Below are positions 1-8,689 of a DNA stretch of 64,000 nucleotides, piece after piece (positions within the stretch are counted from its first letter, which is position 1; every line of letters starts with the position of its first letter). The translations under genes were made by a program, and so were the position numbers. The stretch covers positions 1 through 64,000 of the IMG/VR virus record IMGVR_UViG_3300028131_000823. The stretch is one strand, 5' to 3'. The notes under the pieces are model-generated. The model was not told the DNA's origin, did not search any database, and saw nothing but the letters and a program-made list of their open reading frames with translations.

Positions 1-1
1 A

Positions 2-103
2 ACCAATACTAATGTAGAAAACATTTCTGCAAAAATGACAAATGGTTTATTAATTATCGACTTTGGCGGCAAAACTGAATCTAAATCTATTACAATTAAG
101 TAA
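2..103 (+). CDS. Small heat-shock protein (Hsp20), 3' end only
   Basis: Frame 2 reads TNTNVENISAKMTNGLLIIDFGGKTESKSITIK*, matching the alpha-crystallin C-terminal A-x-x-x-NGLL-x-I...I-x-I pattern; truncated by the window edge. Confidence 0.7.
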   Translation, partial: TNTNVENISAKMTNGLLIIDFGGKTESKSITIK

Positions 104-104
104 A

Positions 105-193
105 TTGTTAATAACTTTTGAAAAAAAGCGGTCCAGGATTTTCACGGGTCGCTTTTTTTGTTTATATTAGTATTATAATTAAAACTTAAAAAA
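105..193 (+). promoter_or_regulatory. Conserved ~90 bp upstream element, copy 1 (putative early promoter)
   Basis: TGTTAATAACTTT...TTTTCACGGGTC-N11-TTATATTAGTATTATAATTAAAACTTAAA, also at 7224 and 62153, each directly before an ATG. Confidence 0.75.
121..159 (+). terminator. Intrinsic terminator-like hairpin after hsp20, overlapping the conserved element
   Basis: AAAAAAAGCGGTCC...GGGTCGCTTTTTTT inverted repeat with T7 tract. Confidence 0.55.
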
Positions 194-373
194 ATGACAA
201 TAGAAAAACAAGTACAAAAAAGCTGGAAAAACAAATCCGATTTAGATTGGGAATTATGTTGCACAATTAACTCAAAAAATCCATTAATTACATGGGGAGA
301 ATATTATGAACTAAATAAATTACATGTTGAATTTGAGATGGGTTGTGAGAATTTAGGTTATAAATTTGTATAA
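194..373 (+). CDS. Hypothetical protein (59 aa), below the ORF-track cutoff
   Basis: Translated by hand: MTIEKQVQKSWKNKSDLDWELCC...GYKFV*; directly follows the conserved element. Confidence 0.6.
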   Translation: MTIEKQVQKSWKNKSDLDWELCCTINSKNPLITWGEYYELNKLHVEFEMGCENLGYKFV

Positions 374-374
374 G

Positions 375-539
375 ATGACAAGATATACAGTACGCTTATT
401 TATAAATGGTGAGATTATAGACTATTTAAATACAGATAATTGGGATTTAGCCCATGCAATAGAAAGAGAGTTAACAAATAAACACGGCAAAGACAACGTT
501 TCATTATGCGATGCTGAAATAGAATGGATGGTAGGATAA
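375..539 (+). CDS. Hypothetical protein (54 aa), below the ORF-track cutoff
   Basis: Translated by hand: MTRYTVRLFINGEIIDYLNT...EWMVG*; fills the gap in a tightly packed gene row. Confidence 0.6.
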   Translation: MTRYTVRLFINGEIIDYLNTDNWDLAHAIERELTNKHGKDNVSLCDAEIEWMVG

Positions 540-549
540 TAAATAAAAT

Positions 550-783
550 ATGAGAATAGATTATAAAATATTAAAAAAGATAGAAAAAGAATACGGGTCT
601 GATGATTTTCAAGTAGGCCCATCTACTGAAGGAATGTTTGGTAGCATTACACTTAGATTTGGATATTGGGGAAGAGTTCCTTTAGATTCTTTACAAAAGG
701 CAATCGGAGACAGATATGTTGTTGAAGAAATAGAATATGATGATGAAGATACTGGTTGGCTATATCACTACATAATTAAATAG
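550..783 (+). CDS. Hypothetical protein
   Basis: 77 aa ORF, tight packing, A-rich upstream. Confidence 0.7.
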   Translation: MRIDYKILKKIEKEYGSDDFQVGPSTEGMFGSITLRFGYWGRVPLDSLQKAIGDRYVVEEIEYDDEDTGWLYHYIIK

Positions 784-797
784 ATAAATATAATATT

Positions 798-1151
798 ATG
801 AAAGATTATTTTGACAACGAGGATTATGATGATTTGTTTGATGATGAAAACAATAATCGTAGAGGAAGTGAATCATTTAATAGTTTAGATGATTTTAACG
901 AAGCTGATTTTAAAGATTTAATTGAAAAATTAAAAAGGGTTAGAGAAGAACAATTAATTATGGAAAACTATAACAACATTGTAAAACAAGGAGTAGACGT
1001 TGAAGGTATTGCCGAATATGGTGAAGATAATTTAAATAGACTAAAACAGACTCTTGATATTATGATTGAGTTTTTTGAAGATAGAGAAGATTATGAAAAA
1101 TGCCATGATGTTAAATTATTTTCAGATCAAATAAAAGAAATTGAATTTTGA
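798..1151 (+). CDS. Hypothetical protein with C-terminal UVR-like (EDYEKC) motif
   Basis: IEFFEDREDYEKCHDVKL; GATAAATA motif at 783. Confidence 0.7.
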   Translation: MKDYFDNEDYDDLFDDENNNRRGSESFNSLDDFNEADFKDLIEKLKRVREEQLIMENYNNIVKQGVDVEGIAEYGEDNLNRLKQTLDIMIEFFEDREDYEKCHDVKLFSDQIKEIEF

Positions 1152-1468
1152 AAACAATAAAAACATTTGAAAGTTTTATTTCTGAAAAGAAAAAGAATAA
1201 CACTACTACTAAAATAAAAGCTGTAACTAAAAAACAGAAAAAAGCAGTTAAAAAAGTTAAGAAGTTTTTAAAGAAAGATAAAAAAATAACCAGCGACGTT
1301 AAAGATGGTAAAGCAGATAGTTCTGATAAAATGAGAAGTATGTTATTTAAATTACAGGCTAAGGGCGCGAAGGTTGATGTGCAAAAGACTGATTTAAAAA
1401 AGAAAGAATTAGAAGTTAGATCTAAATTAGATACTATTAGAAAATCTAAAAAGAAAGAAGACGAATGA
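1148..1468 (+). CDS. Lys-rich basic protein with capsid-targeting-like N-terminus
   Basis: MKTIKTFESFISE followed by a very Lys-rich body; start overlaps the upstream stop. Confidence 0.65.
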   Translation: MKTIKTFESFISEKKKNNTTTKIKAVTKKQKKAVKKVKKFLKKDKKITSDVKDGKADSSDKMRSMLFKLQAKGAKVDVQKTDLKKKELEVRSKLDTIRKSKKKEDE

Positions 1469-1749
1469 AATATGTAAAAACATATAACGTGTTTGAACAT
1501 CAAGGAACTGGTGATTCTACAGGTGAAGATTCTAACTTATATAACATTAGGAATTTTAGAGGTACTATAAAGGACTTTGATGCATATTTTAAATCAAAGA
1601 TGGGTGAAACAAATCCATATAAAGATAATATAAAAGTAGAAGGGCCACAAATAGATAGTCCACATGAAGGAGAAAAGGATAATAGTTTGCCTTACCAAGA
1701 TTTTCAAAATGGAAAGTCAGACCTAGTAAAAAACAGATATGGAAAATAA
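1465..1749 (+). CDS. Hypothetical protein, weak CTS-like N-terminus
   Basis: MKYVKTYNVFE; ATGA overlap with the upstream gene. Confidence 0.65.
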   Translation: MKYVKTYNVFEHQGTGDSTGEDSNLYNIRNFRGTIKDFDAYFKSKMGETNPYKDNIKVEGPQIDSPHEGEKDNSLPYQDFQNGKSDLVKNRYGK

Positions 1750-1960
1750 TAGACTTACACAAGATCTTTTAAAACAATTAAAGAGAATTGCAGATGCTCT
1801 TGAAAAAGGGAACGTATTAACCGAAGCACAAAATAAAAAATCTGAAAAGTTTAATAAGGTGCAAGAAAAGAAGGCAACTTTAGAATTAAAAGATATTCAA
1901 GAAAAAAGAAAAGTAGGCCAAGTTACTGAGATTATTAATAAGAAACTTGATCAATCATAG
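1739..1960 (+). CDS. Hypothetical coiled-coil protein
   Basis: 73 aa ORF overlapping the upstream gene. Confidence 0.6.
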   Translation: MENNRLTQDLLKQLKRIADALEKGNVLTEAQNKKSEKFNKVQEKKATLELKDIQEKRKVGQVTEIINKKLDQS

Positions 1961-1963
1961 GAG

Positions 1964-2779
1964 ATGAACTACTACAACGTATTAGGCGTAGATAAAGGGG
2001 CATCTGATTCTGAAATAAAGAAAGCATATCGTAAAAAAGCAAAGGAGTATCATCCTGATAAAAACGGCGACTCAGAAAAGTTTAAGGAAGTTAGTGAAGC
2101 TTATGATGTTTTAGGAGATAAAACTAAGAAGCAAAACTATGATCAATTTGGAGATCCTAAGGGAAGTCCATTTAGTGGAAGGAATCCCTTTGGAGGTAAT
2201 GGTGGAAATCCCTTTGGTGGCAGTGGAGACTTTGCAGATATGTTTAATGACATATTTGGAAATAGAAGACAGGCTAAAGGCCAAGACTTTAGAGTTAATA
2301 TGACTATTAGTTTTAATGAAGCCTTTCATGGTTGTCGTAAAGAATTTTCAGTAAATGGACAAAGGCTTGCTATGAATTTTAAACCTGGTATGTTTACTGG
2401 TCAAACATTTAGAATTAATGACAAAGGAGGCACTAACCCCTATAACCCTGATGGTCCTAGAGGGGATGTTATCATAAATGTATCTGTTATACAAGATTCT
2501 AGATTTGTGTTACAAGGAAGTGATATCTGGACTGAATTAACTCTCAACTGGTGGGACATAATGTTAGGTTGTAAAAGAGAAGTTGAAACACCTGATGGCA
2601 AAGTCTTACTTAAAATTCCAGAAAACACATATCCTGGCAGGGTACTGAGGATAGTTGACAAAGGTTTCCCGATATATAATACAACAAACAGAGGAAGTTT
2701 GCTTTGTAGAATTAATGGTAAATGGCCAAAACTTACAGAGGAACAACTTGAACATGTTAAAAAAATAAAAGTAAAATGA
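1964..2779 (+). CDS. dnaJ: DnaJ/CbpA-type co-chaperone (J domain + G/F region + C-terminal domain, no Zn finger)
   Basis: NYYNVLGV...[17 protein letters not shown] (HPD motif), AYDVLGD, G/F-rich linker, GDVII, C-terminal beta domain. Confidence 0.95.
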   Translation: MNYYNVLGVDKGASDSEIKKAYRKKAKEYHPDKNGDSEKFKEVSEAYDVLGDKTKKQNYDQFGDPKGSPFSGRNPFGGNGGNPFGGSGDFADMFNDIFGNRRQAKGQDFRVNMTISFNEAFHGCRKEFSVNGQRLAMNFKPGMFTGQTFRINDKGGTNPYNPDGPRGDVIINVSVIQDSRFVLQGSDIWTELTLNWWDIMLGCKREVETPDGKVLLKIPENTYPGRVLRIVDKGFPIYNTTNRGSLLCRINGKWPKLTEEQLEHVKKIKVK

Positions 2780-3039
2780 TAGGCGAAAGTCCACTTGGTG
2801 AATTTAATGATTTTGAAATGTTTCTAAATATGTTAGTAACTAAACCAATTAATCCTGGTCACGTCTATGAAATGATTTATGATGCTTTAATAAAAGATAC
2901 TTCATATGCAATATATGGAGGTTATCCAAAGGATTTAAAATTAAAAGCCTTAGATTCTTTAATTAATTGGTTTGAATTAACTGAAGAATTTGAAAAGTGT
3001 AAAGAAGTAAAAACTATAAAAGACAAGATATGCTCATAG
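2776..3039 (+). CDS. Hypothetical protein with C-terminal UVR-like (EEFEKC) motif
   Basis: [24 protein letters not shown]. Confidence 0.7.
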   Translation: MIGESPLGEFNDFEMFLNMLVTKPINPGHVYEMIYDALIKDTSYAIYGGYPKDLKLKALDSLINWFELTEEFEKCKEVKTIKDKICS

Positions 3040-3221
3040 TAAATGTAAAGAAAGATATAGAAAAGGCGTTAAAGCAATATAAAAGAAAAGTGTTTAAAAC
3101 TAAACAATCTAAGAAAGTTAGTGCAAGAAGACACCATACTAAAAAATCAGTACTCCGTAGAGAGGAAGTCAAACATGCCCAATACGTTGAAAGAATGTAT
3201 GGGAATAAAAATAATGACTAA
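3030..3221 (+). CDS. rpsU: Ribosomal protein bS21 (Bacteroidota-type)
   Basis: [21 protein letters not shown]...RRHHTKKSVLRR...AQY matches the bS21 pattern IE-x-AL-K-x-YKRK...R-x-x-x-x-KxS-x-x-RR; 63 aa, basic. Confidence 0.85.
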   Translation: MLIVNVKKDIEKALKQYKRKVFKTKQSKKVSARRHHTKKSVLRREEVKHAQYVERMYGNKNND

Positions 3222-3297
3222 TAATATAATCTATTTTTTTTATTAAACAAGGCTGCCAATAAAAGGTGGTTGGAATATATAAATAAAAGTAAGTAAA

Positions 3298-3564
3298 ATG
3301 GCGATGGAAGGATATTTATCCAGTGAGGATCACGACAAATTAATGGAAGAGTCATATGAACTGTTAAGTAAAAACCATACTAAATCAGTTAATAGATTCA
3401 TTGTATATAAAGAAGGAAGCCAGAGTGTTGAGGTACCACATGGTATTGGTCAACGTTCTAAATACATTGACTTGCTTATTAAACACTTTGAAGAAAAAGA
3501 GGAATATGAGAAGTGTACAAATCTACAAGAACTTAAAGAGCTTGTTATTATGGCAGGTGACTAA
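3298..3564 (+). CDS. Hypothetical protein with C-terminal UVR-like (EEYEKC) motif
   Basis: LLIKHFEEKEEYEKCTNLQELKELV. Confidence 0.7.
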   Translation: MAMEGYLSSEDHDKLMEESYELLSKNHTKSVNRFIVYKEGSQSVEVPHGIGQRSKYIDLLIKHFEEKEEYEKCTNLQELKELVIMAGD

Positions 3565-3579
3565 AAAATACCACAATAG

Positions 3580-4272
3580 ATGCAAAAAAGACAAAATGGA
3601 AACTCGTTAAAAAAACACATTCAAGAGTCGCTAAAGCGAGTACAGCTTAGACAATCACAACAAGAATATGTAAGAACAGTTAATGAAAATCAAATTATAT
3701 TTTGTCACGGCCCTGCCGGAACCTCAAAAACCTTTACAGCATGTTATATTGGACTTAAAATGTTTAGTGAAAAACAAATTAAGAGACTTGTACTTTGTAG
3801 ACCAATGGTTGAAAGTAGCGAGAAACTTGGATTCTTACCAGGTGTATTAGAAGAAAAGATCTCACCATATTTAAAATCTTATAAATCTAATATTGAAAAA
3901 ATCATAGGTTCTGAAATGACTGAACTTATGTTTGAAAAGAATTTTATTACATTTGAACCACTTGCATATATGAGAGGAGATACCTATGATGATGCATTAA
4001 TGATTCTTGATGAGGCGCAAAATGCTGAAATGAAAAGCTTAATGCTATTTATAACAAGAATGGGTAAATCTAGTAAATCAATTGTAGCTGGTGATATTAA
4101 CCAATATGACATTCAAAAAAATAAAGTTAGTATGCCAAAGTTTTATGAAATAATTAAAACTACTAAAGGTGTCAATGAACATGTCTTCACAGAAAAAGAT
4201 ATTGTTAGAGCCAAGATTCTTATTGATATTGTTAAGAAGTATGATGCATGGCGAGATAACGAAGGCAGATAA
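3580..4272 (+). CDS. phoH: PhoH-family ATPase
   Basis: GPAGTSKT P-loop, RPMVES..LGFLPG, PLAYMRGDTY, ILDEAQN, GDINQYD. Confidence 0.95.
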   Translation: MQKRQNGNSLKKHIQESLKRVQLRQSQQEYVRTVNENQIIFCHGPAGTSKTFTACYIGLKMFSEKQIKRLVLCRPMVESSEKLGFLPGVLEEKISPYLKSYKSNIEKIIGSEMTELMFEKNFITFEPLAYMRGDTYDDALMILDEAQNAEMKSLMLFITRMGKSSKSIVAGDINQYDIQKNKVSMPKFYEIIKTTKGVNEHVFTEKDIVRAKILIDIVKKYDAWRDNEGR

Positions 4273-4297
4273 ACATTTTTCATTTTCTTCATATAAT
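4271..4297 (+). promoter_or_regulatory. AAAC-N16-ATATAAT promoter-like motif (class 2)
   Basis: AAAC 4271-4274, ATATAAT 4291-4297; same spacing at 6014, 8892, 11414, 47813, 47966, 63843. Confidence 0.6.
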
Positions 4298-4302
4298 AAC
4301 AT

Positions 4303-4935
4303 ATGAATAAAGCAAAACACATTATTTTAAAATCTTACATGAACAAAGAACTTGTTGAGGTAGGATTAGATGAAGCGGGAAGAGGAGCATTGGCTGGACC
4401 AGTTGTGGTTGCAGGTGTTATAATGCCAAAAGGATTTACACATCCATTAATTAAAGATTCTAAATTATTAAACGAAGGTCAAAGACGAGAGGCAAGGGCA
4501 TTGGTGTTAGATAATGCAATTTCATATTCAATTAAAGCAGTTGATGTAGATTATATTGAAAAAACAAATATTTTAAAAGCTACATTATTTGGAATGAAAG
4601 AATGTTTAGATGGAATTAAAATAAAAGGAGATCAATTTGATTTTATTCTTGTAGATGGAGATCAATTTCATGGATGGAACGGGCTTCCATTCGAAACAGT
4701 AGTCGGCGGTGATAATAAATACACATCAATTGCTGCAGCTTCTATACTTGCAAAAACAAGTAGAGATTTAATTATGAAAAAATTAAACGAAGGCCATGAA
4801 CAATATGGTTGGAATTCCAATAAAGGTTATGGAACAAGTGCACATCGAAATGCAATTAAACAGGATGGAGCAACTGAACATCATAGAATGAGTTTTATAA
4901 GTCACATGCTAACCTCAACCTCGAGTTTGTTTTGA
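4303..4935 (+). CDS. rnhB: Ribonuclease HII (start may be ATG 4339)
   Basis: GLDEAGRGALAGPVVVAGV, IKDSKLL, LVDG, GGDNKYTSIAAASILAK, KGYGT, HR-x-SF. Confidence 0.95.
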   Translation: MNKAKHIILKSYMNKELVEVGLDEAGRGALAGPVVVAGVIMPKGFTHPLIKDSKLLNEGQRREARALVLDNAISYSIKAVDVDYIEKTNILKATLFGMKECLDGIKIKGDQFDFILVDGDQFHGWNGLPFETVVGGDNKYTSIAAASILAKTSRDLIMKKLNEGHEQYGWNSNKGYGTSAHRNAIKQDGATEHHRMSFISHMLTSTSSLF

Positions 4936-5276
4936 AAAACTTATTAATAGGCATAGGGCTTTATACTTTATCACAGTCACTTGTTTGGTTTCAATCAAAT
5001 GGTCAATTTATATGGCCATTCTTTAAGAAAAATACTTGGCTTATTGCCTTACTAGGAAGTGGTATTGCATATATGTTTATTAAAGGAACTGGTTATATAG
5101 CAGCACATTACGATGGGCAAATTTGGCCAGGAAGATTTATAGGATTTTCAATAGGTATGGTAACTTATTCAATATTTACATATTTTATCATGGGAGAAGG
5201 AATGAATTTAAAGACAACAATTTGTTTAATGTTAGCACTTTGTATATTATTAATACAATTATTTTGGAAAATATGA
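4932..5276 (+). CDS. Small multi-pass membrane protein (DMT/SMR-like)
   Basis: Four hydrophobic segments in 114 aa. Confidence 0.6.
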   Translation: MKNLLIGIGLYTLSQSLVWFQSNGQFIWPFFKKNTWLIALLGSGIAYMFIKGTGYIAAHYDGQIWPGRFIGFSIGMVTYSIFTYFIMGEGMNLKTTICLMLALCILLIQLFWKI

Positions 5277-5503
5277 GAGAAACAAAACCCGACGTCGTAG
5301 TCGTTTGGAGAAAAAGCGATAGATCAGCAAAAAGATATATGACAATTTTTAAAGACGTTAAAGTAGATGATGTCTTAGAAGAAAAAAGAAAACCTTTATT
5401 AGATAATAGCTATGTAATGGATGAGGTTGGAGTTGGCAGTTCATTTATAGATACTTGGCAACATAAATATAAAATTAATAAATATAATACAGTAAAAAAA
5501 TAA
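5273..5503 (+). CDS. Hypothetical protein (likely start ATG 5273, not 5123)
   Basis: MRETKPDVVVVWRK...; ATGA overlap with the upstream stop. Confidence 0.65.
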   Translation: MRETKPDVVVVWRKSDRSAKRYMTIFKDVKVDDVLEEKRKPLLDNSYVMDEVGVGSSFIDTWQHKYKINKYNTVKK

Positions 5504-5509
5504 ATTAAT

Positions 5510-5830
5510 ATGCATCCAATAGATTTAAATTACGTTAGTCATGAAACTAGACACATTGATGAAATGGAAATTAGAGTAAATGAACTAAAAGAAGATAAAA
5601 AGAAATATGTAAAGAATCTTGAAGTAAGATTTAGAAAAAACTGTTCTTTAGAAGAAGCACAACGTAGATTAAAAGATCATCTCGATAGAAATCCAAAGGG
5701 ATTGGAAATGAAAAAACTCAAATCAATGGATTCTACTTTACATCATGTTATTAAGCAATTAGATATTAGAAAAGAAAAACTGGAAAAATTCTGTAATGAG
5801 AGAACGATTGAAGGAGAAAGTAATTCTTAA
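5510..5830 (+). CDS. Hypothetical coiled-coil protein
   Basis: 106 aa ORF. Confidence 0.65.
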   Translation: MHPIDLNYVSHETRHIDEMEIRVNELKEDKKKYVKNLEVRFRKNCSLEEAQRRLKDHLDRNPKGLEMKKLKSMDSTLHHVIKQLDIRKEKLEKFCNERTIEGESNS

Positions 5831-6029
5831 TGACCTTTTAAATGAGTTACAGTTCGTAAGAAGAGTAATTCAAAGTTGTAAAACAGGGCACCAATTAGAA
5901 ATTGCGATTGATTGGATGAATCGCTGGAAACATAGTCGTAAAAAATGGATCGAATCTAAAAGGATGCCATATTTATTAAAAGAGTTTGAAAGTATTGAAT
6001 TCTTTAAAGAAATAAACAATTTGCAATAA
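5796..6029 (+). CDS. Hypothetical protein
   Basis: 77 aa ORF. Confidence 0.55.
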   Translation: MRERLKEKVILNDLLNELQFVRRVIQSCKTGHQLEIAIDWMNRWKHSRKKWIESKRMPYLLKEFESIEFFKEINNLQ

Positions 6030-6040
6030 TTTCATATAAA
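6014..6040 (+). promoter_or_regulatory. AAAC-N16-ATATAAA promoter-like motif (class 2)
   Basis: Same spacing as other class-2 sites; 5 nt before ATG 6046. Confidence 0.5.
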
Positions 6041-6045
6041 ATTAA

Positions 6046-6270
6046 ATGTTACAAGCAATCTCAATATATTTACTAATCGGAATCTTAATTAACTTATTAG
6101 TAGATTTAATGTATGATTGGATTGGTAGGAGTAACATTGACACTAAATTAATAGACACTAACATGAGTAATGAAAAATGGGATAACTTTACAAAGGTAGT
6201 AGTTACTTTATTATGGCCAATATGTATTGTTTATGTGATAATTCAAATTTTTAACGAATATACAAAATGA
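6046..6270 (+). CDS. Two-TM membrane protein
   Basis: Two hydrophobic helices (IYLLIGILINLLV; VVVTLLWPICIVYVII). Confidence 0.65.
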   Translation: MLQAISIYLLIGILINLLVDLMYDWIGRSNIDTKLIDTNMSNEKWDNFTKVVVTLLWPICIVYVIIQIFNEYTK

Positions 6271-7217
6271 CAAATTACGGATATTGTTGTATCAACAAAA
6301 CACTTGCCGAACAAGATATTAAAGTCGGCAGAAAAATGATTAAAAAAACCTTTACTGAAAGAGGTATTGAATATGCAGGTCAACTTGCACTCTTAAATGT
6401 AAGTGATATGTGTAAGATTATTAAATGGAATAATGAAAATGGCATTAAACTTTATCGTATGTCTTCAAGTATGTTTCCATGGTCCACTGAATATGATTTA
6501 AAAGATCTTCCTACATATAATAGAATTAAAGTATTATTACAAGGCGCAGGTCACATGGCTATTGAAGGTGGTCAAAGACTTACATTCCATCCTGGTCATT
6601 TTTGTGTATTGGCTAGCATGACTCCTAGGGTAGTATCTTCTGCGATACATGAATTAAATCAACATGGCGAAATCATGGACCTCATGGGTCTCCCAAGAAA
6701 TCCTAACGCACCTATCAATATACATGTCAATACAACAATGGGTGGCAAGAAAGAAAGTATGGAAAGGTTCTGTAAAATATTTAAAACACTAGATGAAAGC
6801 GTAAGATGTAGACTTGTTGTAGAAAATGATGACAAGAAAGCACAATACAGTGTAAAAGATTTGAAAGAAGGAATTTCAGATGTGATTGGATGTCCAGTTA
6901 TGTTTGATTATCACCATCATTGGTGTTATGAAGATCCAATGCCAGTCAAAGAAGCATTTGAACTTGCAAGATCAACATGGCCAGTAGGAACTAAACAATG
7001 TACACACTACAGTTCATGTAAACAAATACATGAAGATAGTTCAGTTATGAATAGAGCACATGCTGATTATATTTATGAAACTATTCCAACATTTGGTTAT
7101 GATGTAGACGTGGAATTAGAAGCTAAGGCTAAAGAACTTGCATTAATTAAATACTTAGAAGATTTAGCCCATAAAAAATTTTATGAGACTAATACTGGTC
7201 AAACCATGGTTGTTTAA
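6267..7217 (+). CDS. uvsE: UV-damage endonuclease UvsE/UVDE
   Basis: GYCCIN, KLYRMSSSMFPW, RLTFHPGHF-x-VLAS, INIHV, LVVENDDK, PVMFDYHHH, H-A-DYI, ELEAKAKELA. Confidence 0.93.
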   Translation: MTNYGYCCINKTLAEQDIKVGRKMIKKTFTERGIEYAGQLALLNVSDMCKIIKWNNENGIKLYRMSSSMFPWSTEYDLKDLPTYNRIKVLLQGAGHMAIEGGQRLTFHPGHFCVLASMTPRVVSSAIHELNQHGEIMDLMGLPRNPNAPINIHVNTTMGGKKESMERFCKIFKTLDESVRCRLVVENDDKKAQYSVKDLKEGISDVIGCPVMFDYHHHWCYEDPMPVKEAFELARSTWPVGTKQCTHYSSCKQIHEDSSVMNRAHADYIYETIPTFGYDVDVELEAKAKELALIKYLEDLAHKKFYETNTGQTMVV

Positions 7218-7223
7218 TTAAAA

Positions 7224-7314
7224 TTGTTAATAACTTTTGAAAAAAAGTGTTAAAAAGTTTTCACGGGTCAAAGATTATAGTTATATTAGTATTATAATTA
7301 AAACTTAAAAAAAC
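7224..7314 (+). promoter_or_regulatory. Conserved ~90 bp upstream element, copy 2 (putative early promoter)
   Basis: 52 bp (7258-7309) identical to 62188-62239. Confidence 0.8.
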
Positions 7315-7956
7315 ATGAAAAAAATAGCAATAACAATATTTACATTATTTACACTATCAACAACTGCACAGGATATTTGTAATGCACTAAACATAACTTA
7401 CACCCAATTTGGGACAAACTCTTTTAGATTATATTCAAATCTAGATAGTGTTAACATGTCGGGGGCTACTTCATTTAGATGGAAAGCATTTCCTGATAGT
7501 GTATTCGCACAATTAGATACTGCTAATTATAATTTTAAAACATGGTTAGATAGTACTAATATGAGCTGGGAGAGTGGGGATTCTGTGCCTTTTATACATT
7601 TTCTTTACCATAATACTAATCATAGAAAAAAATATGGAGTATTTTTATTTTCTTTTTTAAGAGATGGAGATACATGTGTTATTCCATTTACAATGAGTAG
7701 AACTAATAGTCCAATTACTTGGCATATGAATCAAATACCTTCATTTAATACTACAGTAGTTACTCCACCTAGTACTGGGAATCCAAATGGCAATACTACT
7801 GGAATTGAAGATTATACTAATACTAATAAAAAATTAGTTGCAGTGTATAATTTAATGGGACAAATTGTAAATCCTGATGAGGTTAACAATCAAGTTTTAA
7901 TATATCTATATGATGATAGAAGTATTGAAAAGAAGTACAAACAAACAATGTTCTAG
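7315..7956 (+). CDS. Secreted protein with signal peptide and T9SS-sorting-like C-terminal domain
   Basis: MKKIAITIFTLFTLSTTAQ signal peptide (AQ cleavage, Bacteroidota-style); S/T/P/G linker; TTGIED...KKLVAVYNLMGQ...LIYLYDDRSIEKKY tail. Confidence 0.7.
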   Translation: MKKIAITIFTLFTLSTTAQDICNALNITYTQFGTNSFRLYSNLDSVNMSGATSFRWKAFPDSVFAQLDTANYNFKTWLDSTNMSWESGDSVPFIHFLYHNTNHRKKYGVFLFSFLRDGDTCVIPFTMSRTNSPITWHMNQIPSFNTTVVTPPSTGNPNGNTTGIEDYTNTNKKLVAVYNLMGQIVNPDEVNNQVLIYLYDDRSIEKKYKQTMF

Positions 7957-7980
7957 ATATATTTAAATATTTAAACAAAA

Positions 7981-8004
7981 AAGGTGGCCTAGGCTGCCTT
8001 TTTT
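7981..8004 (+). terminator. Intrinsic terminator
   Basis: AAGGTGGC-CTAG-GCTGCCTT followed by TTTT, right after the 7956 stop. Confidence 0.7.
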
Positions 8005-8065
8005 ATTTTCAAAAATATTAATATATTATAATGATATATAACTAATAACAAAAAAATACTTTAAA

Positions 8066-8689
8066 ATGAATACTAATCAAATATTATCATTCGAAGAGTT
8101 TTCAACAAGAGGTACAGATACTGCCACTGCTGAAGCTCCAACAACAGATACTGCCACTGTAGATACTGATACTACTGTTACAGATACTGAAACAACAGAC
8201 ACTGACTCTGAAGAAACAACTGACTCTGAAGAAACAGAAGAAGAAACTACTGATACTGAAGAAACAGAAGAAGAGCCAGTTCACACACACACTCACTCAG
8301 CTGCTGAATCTGTTCAAGTAAATGAAGAAGAAGAAACACATACGACAACAGTTGCTGAAATGTACAAGAATATTAAAGAAGCTTGTAAAAATGAAGCAAT
8401 GGCATATGAAGCTGATGATTATGCAGAACATACAAAAGACACATACATGACTGAAATGGCTACACTTGCTGCTGAAACTGCATGTAATGTTATTCAAGAA
8501 ATGTATGAAAAAGAAGATTGTACAAAAGAACAATATGAAGCTGCATGTAATTCTATAAAAGAAGCTTATGCTAAAAAATGTAACGAAGCATGTGAAGCAT
8601 ATGGTACTTCTGAGAATGAAAGACCTGAATCTGAGAACGAACCAGTTCAAGGTCCAGAAAATTCAATCATTACTAAAACAGAAGCTTAA
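8066..8689 (+). CDS. Highly acidic (E/T/D-rich) protein with CTS-like N-terminus
   Basis: MNTNQILSFEEFS; low-complexity TDTE/EETT repeats; GATATATAA at 8033. Confidence 0.7.
   Translation: MNTNQILSFEEFSTRGTDTATAEAPTTDTATVDTDTTVTDTETTDTDSEETTDSEETEEETTDTEETEEEPVHTHTHSAAESVQVNEEEETHTTTVAEMYKNIKEACKNEAMAYEADDYAEHTKDTYMTEMATLAAETACNVIQEMYEKEDCTKEQYEAACNSIKEAYAKKCNEACEAYGTSENERPESENEPVQGPENSIITKTEA

Noticed and set aside
1956-1966. AGGAG before dnaJ as a Shine-Dalgarno
   Set aside because: Directly abuts the ATG (zero spacing), so it cannot function as an SD
3249-3272. GGCTGCC-AATAAAA-GGTGGTT hairpin after bS21
   Set aside because: Mostly G-U pairs and no downstream T tract; too weak to call a terminator
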